From the NCBI GenBank assembly GCA_964488565.1, contig CAZAUE010000004.1, positions 1 to 46,649 of the forward strand: 46,649 bases of DNA, read 5' to 3'. This stretch comes from an uncultured Candidatus Saccharibacteria bacterium (GTDB lineage Bacteria > Patescibacteriota > Minisyncoccia > 2-02-FULL-40-12 > GWA2-44-9). A program made the position numbers and the translations under genes. This document shows, piece by piece, positions 37,464 to 46,500 of the stretch; the stretch's first letter is position 1, and the number at the start of each line of letters is the position of its first letter. The notes under the pieces were generated by a model. The model was given only the letters and a program-made list of their open reading frames with translations, ran no database searches and had not been told where the DNA came from.

Positions 37464-38602
37464 AGGCGCCTAAATTGTTCGGCTATTTTGTTCCAATCAT
37501 ATTTTTCCTCAACAAGTTTTCTGCCATTTTCGGACAATTTTTTTCTCAACTCACCATCTTCAAGAAGTTTAATTATTTTATCAGCAATATCTGTAGGGTC
37601 TCCCACCTTACAAAATAATCCTGTTTCTCCATCCTTAAGAAAATCAGGAATTCCTCCCACTGGAGTTCCGATAATTGGCAACCCAGAAGCCATCGCTTCC
37701 AAAAATGATATACCTAATCCCTCTGAAAGTGACGGTCGAACAAAAACATCTGCCATGGATAAATATTTAGGTAATGATTCATTAGAAATTTCTCCCAAAA
37801 ACTCAACCTTATTTTCTAAACCCAAATGGCCATAAAGGCCACTGCTCGGCTTCGCACGGTTGTTTTCAACTTTTAATTTTAAACTTTCCATCAAATTACC
37901 ATCCCCAATTATTTTTAATCTTGCATCAGGAATTTTGGCGCTAACCATAGCCATCGCTTCAATTAAATCCCCGACACCATTTTTTTCAACCAAACGAGAC
38001 GAGGTTATGATTGTTTTAGAATCAATATGATTTTCGCTCGGTTTAAATTTACTTAAATCTACTCCGTTTGGAATTATTTCAATTGGTATTTTAGAATTTT
38101 GAGACTTAACATATTGAGCAAGATAATTACTAATCACAGTAGCAGAATCTGCCTTTCTAAAAATAAAGTGTCTAAAAAGTTTCATCAACCATGGTTGCCG
38201 ATTTAAATCTTTTCCTTCTTGTACCGTAACCAAGAATGGAGTTTTGGGATATATCCATTTTAATAGCCATCCGCCTCCGGCTGCCTGCGAAGCTTGGTAT
38301 GCGTGAACAATATCATATGAACCATTTTTCCTAATTAAGTGGCGTGCTTTAAAAAAAACCGCCAATGGTAGAAAATTCTTGGGCAACAAAAAAGAAAAGA
38401 GGCCAATTGAGTTGCCGACACGATACACATTTACGTCCCCCATTTTTTCGTATTCAGGAATATTTTTTGAAGGACGAGAAGTAATCAAATCAAAACTAAT
38501 CTCGGGTAACCTGTCCGTTATGTTTTTTATGGCGAGTTCAGAACCGCCCACTTGGGGCAAGTATGCCGTAGTAAGGATTAAAACTCTGGATTTTTGCGTC
38601 AT
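37445..38602 (-). CDS. GT4 glycosyltransferase (PimA/PimB-like) with a short in-frame insertion
   Basis: YLPQVGGSE, IPNGVD, SRLVEKNG, EGLGISFLEAMASG; extra NRAKPSSGLYGH segment. Confidence 0.88.
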   Translation of the reverse strand: MTQKSRVLILTTAYLPQVGGSELAIKNITDRLPEISFDLITSRPSKNIPEYEKMGDVNVYRVGNSIGLFSFLLPKNFLPLAVFFKARHLIRKNGSYDIVHAYQASQAAGGGWLLKWIYPKTPFLVTVQEGKDLNRQPWLMKLFRHFIFRKADSATVISNYLAQYVKSQNSKIPIEIIPNGVDLSKFKPSENHIDSKTIITSSRLVEKNGVGDLIEAMAMVSAKIPDARLKIIGDGNLMESLKLKVENNRAKPSSGLYGHLGLENKVEFLGEISNESLPKYLSMADVFVRPSLSEGLGISFLEAMASGLPIIGTPVGGIPDFLKDGETGLFCKVGDPTDIADKIIKLLEDGELRKKLSENGRKLVEEKYDWNKIAEQFRRLYLVIR

Positions 38603-38630
38603 TTTGTGTTAATTTTGCCACATAATACCC

Positions 38631-39830
38631 ATGGAATCAACCCCAAATAATGCTTATATAAATACGACTGGGAGCCTCAAAAAAAAGGTTTTGTTTGTAA
38701 TTACACAATCAGAACTGGGAGGCGCACAAAGATTTCTTTCTACTCTCACCTCTCATCTCGATAAAGAACTTTATGAGATCTTGGTTGCGGTTGGCTCAAG
38801 TGGAAATGGTGATTTTTTGAGAGTTTTAAAAGCCGGAGGAATCTCACACAAGACCTTAAAATTTCTAAAACGAGAACCTGCTCTAAGCGACATCAAAGCT
38901 GTTTTTGAAATCCGCAGTTTAATCAAAAACTATCGTCCTGATATTTTATTCTTAAACAGCTCCAAGGCAGGATTTATTGGTTCCTTGGCGACTGTTTTTC
39001 CAACAAGAATAAATGCATTAAAAGTGGTTTACAGAATTGGTGGCTGGTCATTTAACGACCCGTGGCCAAAATGGAAAAAATGTTTTTGGGTAATTTTAGA
39101 ATGGATTAGCGCAAAATGGAAAGACGTCATCATTGTTAACAACCAACACGACTTAGATCAAGCTAAAAAACTTAAAATTAAACCACGAAGACAAGTAGCA
39201 TTAGTTCATAATGGTATTGAGGTTTATAAATTAGACTTCCTGCAAAAAGAAGAAGCGCGAGCAAGATTAATTGAAAAAGTTGAAAAATTATCTGGTAAAA
39301 ATATTTCGGCAAAAAACATAATCGGCACTATCGCAAATTTTTACCCAACCAAGGGTCTGGAGTATCTCATTGGGGCTGCCGATTATTTTAAAGATGATGA
39401 CAACACGATTTTCTTTATTATTGGCGACGGAGAATTACGACCTGAAATCCAAAAAACAATAATAGAAAAAGGGTTAGAAAAAAAGATTTTCCTTTTGGGA
39501 CAAATTCCCGATGCGTATCGATTTTTACCAGCCTTTGATGTTTTTGTTCTTTCATCCGTAAAAGAAGGTTTTCCGTGGAGTTTAGTTGAGGCAATGTCGG
39601 CCAAATTACCTGTTATTGCCACCAATGTTGGAGCTGTGCCTGAAATAATCAATGACCATAAAAATGGCTTACTTGTAGAACCAAGAGATTCCATGGGATT
39701 AGCAGATGGAATTAAAGAAATTTTAGGAAAAGACCTCCTCAAAAACGAACTGGGAATTCAAGCTCACCAAACCGTACTCTTCAAATTTGAACTTGATAAA
39801 ATGGTAAAGCAGATTGAAGATTTGTTATAA
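38631..39830 (+). CDS. GT4 glycosyltransferase
   Basis: ITQSELGGAQ, NSSKAG, VHNGI, KGL.YL, EGFPWSLVEAMSA. Confidence 0.9.
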   Translation: MESTPNNAYINTTGSLKKKVLFVITQSELGGAQRFLSTLTSHLDKELYEILVAVGSSGNGDFLRVLKAGGISHKTLKFLKREPALSDIKAVFEIRSLIKNYRPDILFLNSSKAGFIGSLATVFPTRINALKVVYRIGGWSFNDPWPKWKKCFWVILEWISAKWKDVIIVNNQHDLDQAKKLKIKPRRQVALVHNGIEVYKLDFLQKEEARARLIEKVEKLSGKNISAKNIIGTIANFYPTKGLEYLIGAADYFKDDDNTIFFIIGDGELRPEIQKTIIEKGLEKKIFLLGQIPDAYRFLPAFDVFVLSSVKEGFPWSLVEAMSAKLPVIATNVGAVPEIINDHKNGLLVEPRDSMGLADGIKEILGKDLLKNELGIQAHQTVLFKFELDKMVKQIEDLL

Positions 39831-40264
39831 GCCCTAAGCACTAAATCCGAAATCCTAAACAATATCTAATGACCGAAATAAAAACTAAAAAATATGACCT
39901 CGAGGAACGGACATTTGAATTTACCAAGAAAACTATTGAATTTATCAATAAGTTGCCAAAAACGATAAGCAACAATGAGATAGCCAAGCAATTAATGCGC
40001 TCATCTGGTTCTGTCGGGGCAAACTACATAGAAGCTAACGAATCTCTGGGTAAAAAAGATTTTATTCTACACATAAGAATCAGTCGAAAAGAAGCTAAGG
40101 AAACTATTTATTGGTTAAAACTTTTAAACAGTGGGGCTGACGATTTAATTCAAGAAGCTACAGAGCTAATGAAAATTTTTGGAGCAATACTGGGAAAATC
40201 TCAGTAGTTTTGGATTTATTATTTTGAATTTGTTTAGAATTTAGATATTAGGATTTAGGATTTA
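39828..40264. mobile_element. putative element: four-helix-bundle gene enclosed by inverted heptamer-repeat arms
   Basis: Left arm TAAGCCC TAAGCAC TAAATCC GAAATCC TAAACAA (39828-39862); right arm (40230-40264) reverse complement TAAATCC TAAATCC TAATATC TAAATTC TAAACAA; mobility is inferred, not shown. Confidence 0.6.
39869..40207 (+). CDS. four helix bundle protein (TIGR02436 / 23S rRNA IVP / Avd-like family)
   Basis: DLEERT..F, QLMRSSGSVGANYIEA, DF…I.ISRKEAKET.YWL.L, L..EATEL.KIF. Confidence 0.92.
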   Translation: MTEIKTKKYDLEERTFEFTKKTIEFINKLPKTISNNEIAKQLMRSSGSVGANYIEANESLGKKDFILHIRISRKEAKETIYWLKLLNSGADDLIQEATELMKIFGAILGKSQ

Positions 40265-41748
40265 TGAAAATACTTCGTATTTTATCTTTGGTGCTTTTGT
40301 TTGTCTTTTTTGCATCTTTTTTAATCCATCCTCTCTACTCTATTAATCAAGACATCGGGCGACATTTAAAATCAGGTGAGATAATTTGGCAGACAAAAAG
40401 CGTCTATAAAACAAACTTATTCTCATTTACCGAACCCGAACACTCATTCATAAACCACCACTGGTTAAGTGAGGTTTCTTTTTACGGCTTAAACAATGTC
40501 ATCGGACTGAAGGGTCTAATTCTGTTCAAAACTGTAATTTTATTGTTGTCTTTGTGGCTCTTGTTTCTGGCTGTCAAAAATAAGGCCGACCTTTGGATAT
40601 TTTTGATTTCTGCCATGGCTGGAATAATGATATGGACAGAACGCACTGATGTCAGACCGGAAATATTTAGTTATTTATTTTTATCATTCTTTATTTTTGC
40701 GATATTGCGGGCTAAATATCAAGGTCAGGCTCGATGGCTTTATTTTTTACCGATTGTTCAAATATTTTGGACAAACATGCATATATATTTTGCTTTGGGG
40801 CCAATACTTTTAACATTTTTCTTACTAGAAAAAATGTTAAATCCTAAGCACGAAATACTAAATCCTAAACAATATCAAAATTCAAATAAAGAAAGTTTCG
40901 GATTTTGGATTTGGGATTTGTTTAGAAATTCGAGATTAGAATTTAGGATTTGGCTGTTAGTTATTTTAGCTACGCTTATTAACCCCAATTTCATTTCTGG
41001 GGCTCTGTATCCCCTCGTTGTGCTAAAAAATTATGGGTATTCAATCGTTGAAAATCAGAACATATTTTTTCTTACTGATTACGGAATATTAATAAGAAAT
41101 ATTCAGTTGTTTCAACTCTCTTTGGCTGTGCTTATTTTAAGCTTTATATTCAGAAAGCGTATCGCCATATTTGAATTACTATCAGGAATTTTCTTTTCCA
41201 TAATGGCCATGAAAATGCTAAGAAATTTCGGTCCGTACGGCTTAGTATTTATACCCCTCACAACCCTCAATTTGTTTGGGATTAAATTAAGCACAAAAAA
41301 AGAGATGGCCGTGCTTATCTCTGTATGTGTTATTTTGATTTCTACCACCTCTTACAACATCAAAAACAAAGTCTCTCTTGCCATCCCCACAGGGGCAGAA
41401 AAGGCCGTTGAATTCGTTAGGAACAACAATATTAAAGGCCCGGTTTTTAATAACTTTGATGTTGGAAGTTTTTTAATATGGAAAATGTACCCCGACCAAA
41501 AAGTTTTTGTTGATGGGAGACCAGAGGCATATAGTCAGGAATTTTTTGAAAATATCTATAAACCCATGCAGATGGATCAGAAAATATGGGAAAAATATTC
41601 TAAAGAGTATGGTATTAACCATGTCTTTTTTGATCACCGTGACATAACTCCTTGGGCAAGAACTTTTCTTGCCAGAATATCACAGGATAAAAAATGGGAG
41701 AGAGTGTATCTTGATGAATATGCTGTCATATTCATCAAGAATTTCTAA
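40264..41748 (+). CDS. multi-pass membrane protein, GT-C-like, with an in-frame repeat-derived insertion
   Basis: DIGRHL..GE, NHHWLSE, RPE, WTNMH, INP, R...P, FN.F..G.FL.W, VFVDGR. Confidence 0.65.
   Translation: MKILRILSLVLLFVFFASFLIHPLYSINQDIGRHLKSGEIIWQTKSVYKTNLFSFTEPEHSFINHHWLSEVSFYGLNNVIGLKGLILFKTVILLLSLWLLFLAVKNKADLWIFLISAMAGIMIWTERTDVRPEIFSYLFLSFFIFAILRAKYQGQARWLYFLPIVQIFWTNMHIYFALGPILLTFFLLEKMLNPKHEILNPKQYQNSNKESFGFWIWDLFRNSRLEFRIWLLVILATLINPNFISGALYPLVVLKNYGYSIVENQNIFFLTDYGILIRNIQLFQLSLAVLILSFIFRKRIAIFELLSGIFFSIMAMKMLRNFGPYGLVFIPLTTLNLFGIKLSTKKEMAVLISVCVILISTTSYNIKNKVSLAIPTGAEKAVEFVRNNNIKGPVFNNFDVGSFLIWKMYPDQKVFVDGRPEAYSQEFFENIYKPMQMDQKIWEKYSKEYGINHVFFDHRDITPWARTFLARISQDKKWERVYLDEYAVIFIKNF
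40838..40952. repeat. gene-less (MITE-like) copy of the heptamer-arm element, in frame within a CDS
   Basis: Left TAAATCC TAAGCAC GAAATAC TAAATCC TAAACAA TATC; right reverse complement CAAATCC TAAATTC TAATCTC GAATTTC TAAACAA ATCC; translated as LNPKHEILNPKQYQNSNKESFGFWIWDLFRNSRLEFRIW. Confidence 0.8.
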
Positions 41749-41824
41749 TTTCTAATTAACCTAATTATTCTAAATGGATTCCAAACTCCAACCCTAGATC
41801 AATTAGATAATAATGGCGCTTAGA

Positions 41825-43471
41825 TTAATTATTCTTAGCATCTTCTTCTAAACGCCTAATCGCCTCGTCAATAACTGGGTCATTGGGTACAATTTTTTTC
41901 AATTCTTGTAAGACCCTTATTGATTCGGCAAAAAAACCAAACTTGGCATATAATACTGCCAAATTTTTATAGGCAAATGGGAATTTAGGATCAACTTCAA
42001 TTGCTTTTATATACATCCTAGCTGCCTCCTCAGGTTTTCCTTGGTCCCTGTAGGTGTTGGCCAAGTTGTAAAATGGCTGAGCAAATTCCTGTCCATCGGG
42101 AAGTTGAATTGCCCTTTCATACATTCCGGCTGCTTTTGGCAAATCACCCTTAGAGGCATAAGCATTGCCGAGATTGTTTATAATCCTAATAGTGTCGGGA
42201 TTATATTTAAGGATATCTTCATAGAATCCAATAATATTTCCCCAGGCCAAATTTCGATTGGCCGAGGCCACTGAGAAAAATGCCACATATCCAACCGCGA
42301 CAACAAGCACCAAGCGATAAATATAAGCCCTGGGCCCAGCGTAAGTAAGCAGAATGTCTAAGTAGTAGCCCACCAACACAAAGAGACCAATCAGGGGCAA
42401 ATAGAGCCAATGTTCGTACATGATGGCATTGATAGGAATAATCCCCGACACTGGACTCATGGCAATGAAAAACCAACCGAAACCGAATAACCATATTCGG
42501 TAATGACTAATTTTCAATGACGAATGACCAATGGCTTTTTTGTACAAAATAACTCCAACCGCGACAATAAGTAAAATCATCAAAAACCCGAGCCAGACGG
42601 GCCACTGGAATAAAGAGGTATTCACCGATAATTCCCGTTCCATGTGTAGACCAAGAGGAACAAATATCAATTTAAAATACTCAACAAGTGCATGTCCGAA
42701 TGTATAAAGACGATAACTCAAATGTTCGGTGTAAACATTGGATTGAGCATAAAAATTGAGAGTGTTTTGAAAATTTAAAACAGTAAGACGCAAAATCATA
42801 TAGATGACTGAAACGCCCCAATATGGCAAAGTTTGCCAAACACTTTGTTTAAATGCTGGCCAAAATTTATCTTTAGCAACAAAAGAGATGTAAAGAATCA
42901 TCGCCAAAGCCGGAAAAAGAATTGCAGTTTCTCTGGATAAAACTGCCAAAACCATGGACAAAACCGCCCACCACCTCTTTCCTCCAGCAAACAAAGTGAG
43001 CCCTCCGAGTATAAAGAAAACTGACATTGGATCTCCCCTGCCTGATATGTACGCAACCGCCTCTACGTTCAGCGGGTGCACCAACCAAATTAGCGCAGCA
43101 ATAAAAGCCGGCCTCTGCCTTCTAAATACGAGATACGAGATACTAAATACTAGTATCGCATTGGCAATGTGAAATAGATTACTAATTAGGTGATATCCAA
43201 TCGGACTTGAACCATGCAGAACCCAATTAAATGCAAAGCTCAACAAAAGAAGTGGCCGGTAATAATTACTATTTAAACCAAATCCATGAAGAATGTCTGT
43301 GGTGAAGATGCTTTTAATGTTCTGTCCCGATAAAGAATGGACAAATGAATTGTTAACTATCCAATCATCATCATCCCAGAATAATGGGTTACCCAAATTA
43401 AAAGAGAAGACAATGAGTCCAATGAAAAATAAAACCAAGATCCATCCGGAATTTTTCTTCCATTCAAACAT
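41825..43471 (-). CDS. TMTC-like GT-C protein (putative protein O-glycosyltransferase) with C-terminal TPRs
   Basis: WDDD, YYRPL, HPLNVEAVAYISGR, SRETA, YEHWLYLP, RN..W; TPR motifs NNLGNAY and YNLANTY. Confidence 0.82.
   Translation of the reverse strand: MFEWKKNSGWILVLFFIGLIVFSFNLGNPLFWDDDDWIVNNSFVHSLSGQNIKSIFTTDILHGFGLNSNYYRPLLLLSFAFNWVLHGSSPIGYHLISNLFHIANAILVFSISYLVFRRQRPAFIAALIWLVHPLNVEAVAYISGRGDPMSVFFILGGLTLFAGGKRWWAVLSMVLAVLSRETAILFPALAMILYISFVAKDKFWPAFKQSVWQTLPYWGVSVIYMILRLTVLNFQNTLNFYAQSNVYTEHLSYRLYTFGHALVEYFKLIFVPLGLHMERELSVNTSLFQWPVWLGFLMILLIVAVGVILYKKAIGHSSLKISHYRIWLFGFGWFFIAMSPVSGIIPINAIMYEHWLYLPLIGLFVLVGYYLDILLTYAGPRAYIYRLVLVVAVGYVAFFSVASANRNLAWGNIIGFYEDILKYNPDTIRIINNLGNAYASKGDLPKAAGMYERAIQLPDGQEFAQPFYNLANTYRDQGKPEEAARMYIKAIEVDPKFPFAYKNLAVLYAKFGFFAESIRVLQELKKIVPNDPVIDEAIRRLEEDAKNN
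42501..42535. repeat. solo arm of five heptamers in frame within the TMTC-like gene
   Basis: TAATGAC TAATTTT CAATGAC GAATGAC CAATGGC; encodes AIGHSSLKISHY in a loop between TM helices. Confidence 0.65.
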
Positions 43472-43499
43472 AAATTTAATTCTACTATAGTTTATGCAA

Positions 43500-43531
43500 A
43501 CTAAAAACCGCCCCGAAGGGCGGTTTTTAGT
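43500..43531 (-). terminator. intrinsic terminator of the S-layer-like gene
   Basis: ACTAAAAACCGCCC-cgaa-GGGCGGTTTTTAGT, perfect 14-bp stem. Confidence 0.85.
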
Positions 43532-43564
43532 ACAATTGTTAGTTATTGTGAAACTCGAGCGACA

Positions 43565-46500
43565 TTAGAGACTCAAGGCCTGTGAAGTAGAGTCCTTGAT
43601 CAAGTTGTCGTTCATCCAGTCACCGCTAGTTAAGCCATGGCTGGTTGCTGATCTGTCGGTCCAAGCAAGATTTGCACCTTCACCTGCATTTACAGCTGTT
43701 TGCGGTAATGCATATGCGGTGTCGTTCATCTTGAATTGGGTCAACAAGCTTCCAGTTGCAGGAACCGATGTTACGGTATGCTTCAACTCGAATACTTTAG
43801 GAGCTCCGGTAGGAATCTGGTATTCACTGGTAAATCTGAAGTCGATTACACCAGTTGAAAGACCTGTGACTCCACCTTCAAGATAGAATGTACCCAATGA
43901 AGTGACATCGTTACCATCGATAAACAATTTAGCAGATGATGCAGATGCAAGTACTACAGTGCTGGTCTTCGTGAAGTCCCAGCTCATAGATGCCAATCCA
44001 ACAGTTGCACCATTTGCAGTCATGTTGAATTTAGACATTGTTACTTCTCCAGCAACTAATACCGATGAAGGTAAAGCGGCTGCAGCAATTGATGGGTAAG
44101 ACTTGTGTACATAGATATCGTTTCCTTGTACCTCGGTAGTGTCAGTGGTGACAGTACCAACTGAATCTCTTGCCTTGTAGGACTCGAGGTTCAATTTAGC
44201 ATTTGCAGCTGTTGATGCTGCACCAACACCGACATTTCCGAACTGTAAGTCAAAGGTCAATGTTGTGGTGTCGTTGTTAGCTACCAAGATATTCAATCCA
44301 GTAAAGCTGACAGATGCGCCGTTTAACGGAGCGCTGGCAACTACTGTGCTACCATTTTTAACAATTACATTTGCAACTGTTGCAGAAGGAGTTGCACCAC
44401 CATCCATGTCTAATACCATCTCATAGATAGTAAAGGCATCGTTGGTTGCGGTGAAATCAACTGCATGAACGGTTGATGTAGTGTTTGCAGCAACAATCTT
44501 GTCAGAAGGAGCAGAGCCTGACAATGCTTCCGCTATGGAACCAGTATTGGCAGTCAAAGTCTGACCAGATGCTTGAGCACCAGTGACGGCTCCGCCTGAA
44601 AGGGCAGATGTACCACTTGTGTCTAAGCTCGTTATCAAGGTGTCATTAGCACCAGCAACAACGAAGGAACCTACAGTACCCCAGATTTCAGCATAGTATG
44701 ATGTGCTCTGTGGCAAAGTAAAGTTTACTGAGTATGCATTGTCTGCATCAGCTCCTGTTACTGAAGATTTTGGAGAAGTCGTTAAGACTGTTCCTCCGGT
44801 TGTGTTCAATATCTTTATGTAGACATTGCTCAATGTACCGATGGTCCATTCATTAGCAACAGTGAATCCTGCATTCATCGTGTTGATGTTTACAGCTTCA
44901 GCAGAACCTCCGGTCAAAACGTATTTACCGAGAAGCATTAAGGAATTCGGAACAATTACATTTTGGCTGGCATATGCAGTGTATTTAGCCACTGTCATGC
45001 TTCCTGCTTTTACGGTCTGGTTATTGCTCTCAATTGCAGTAGAACCAGGAACATCTAATACGCTTGCGGAAACAACTCCTATACCATTATTGTAGTCTCC
45101 TCCGGCCATGAATACAGAAACAACGTCGTTAGCAGAAACTGAATCTGTATCTCCTGAAGCCTCATGGAGGTCAGCTCTTACTTCAACAGTTGCGGGTGAA
45201 CCCGGAACTAATGTGTAATTAACTGTAAATGATGTTGAAGAAGTGTCATCGCTAAACACACCTAATGTGGTAGTGCTTCCGTATTGAGTACCATTAATCA
45301 ACACTCTACCGTTTCTCAATGAATCAACATCGGAATTAGAGGTTGAGGCCATGAACTTCAAGGTTTCAACCTTGATGCTATCGCCATAAGCAGTCAATGT
45401 GAATCTTCCCAAAACTACATCACTGGAATCATCAACTAAATCTCCGGATGGAGAATCAGAAGCTTTGACTCCGGTAACACTTGGAGTACCAATAGTTGAA
45501 GCGTTTGGATCTTCTGGGAAGGCAACTCCTGCGGTGACTTTAACATTAACATTGTAGCTCTCGTCCATGACATCAATGTCATAGAATCCTCTGAATGAGA
45601 ACTGCATTGTTCTTGTAGAACCGCCGATTACATCAGCGAGAACTTTGACAACTCTTGTTCCTGTCAACATTCTGTGATTCATCAAGAATGTTGCGTATCC
45701 GTCTGCATCAAGATCAGCATCGGTAGCAACTTGAGTTCCATCAACATAGAGTCGGAGGTTCTTTATATCTTTGCTATCAACAGAACCAATTTCTCTGATG
45801 GTAAATCTCTTGAAGTAAACATCCTCGTTGCTGACAGTAAGGTTTGATTGCCAAACATTTATATCATTCTGAGGATTAAAGTCTCCAGGACCAGTAGATG
45901 CACCGATTGAAACAGTAGCTAATGTTGCAGGGTTTGCAGCAATAGTGTGTATGTTTCCAAGAGCAGAAACAACTGTAGTGTTGACCTTGGTCAATTGAAC
46001 TCCAATTGTCTGACCTGAAGTGCTGTCTGCGACATATGCTCTTACAGAGACATTAGCAGGAGCAGTAAACAAACCGCTTCCATTGGCAAAAGTAATCAAG
46101 CCACTAGAAACATTTCCGGAATCAGAAACACGTGCTCCGTTTACAAATAAGTAAACATCGCTGATTGTTGTGTCTCCGGAAACACCTAATCTCTTTAATT
46201 CAAGATTGGTGACAGTACCAGAACCGTTGATTTGGAAATGGGCCAAATCCGCCATGGACTGGGTTTCCATCAAAGTTCCTGAAACTGGGTTATCGGAAGC
46301 CAACATTGCTGACAATGGGCCAGTTGGGGTTGGGGTTGCACCAGGGACACGAGCGTAGCTCGGAACCTGATTTACAGAAGTGTAGGTGGAACCAACTGTG
46401 TACAAGTTGAATTCAGCTTGGTTGATGATGAAAACTTTTTTGAAGAAGTTAGGATCATCGAGGACGGCCTGTGCACCTGAGGTATTAACCCAGTGTAAAA

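Noticed and set aside
39869-40207. Diversity-generating retroelement or 23S rRNA intervening sequence
   Set aside because: No reverse transcriptase, no TR/VR pair with adenine-specific differences and no rRNA sequence in the window
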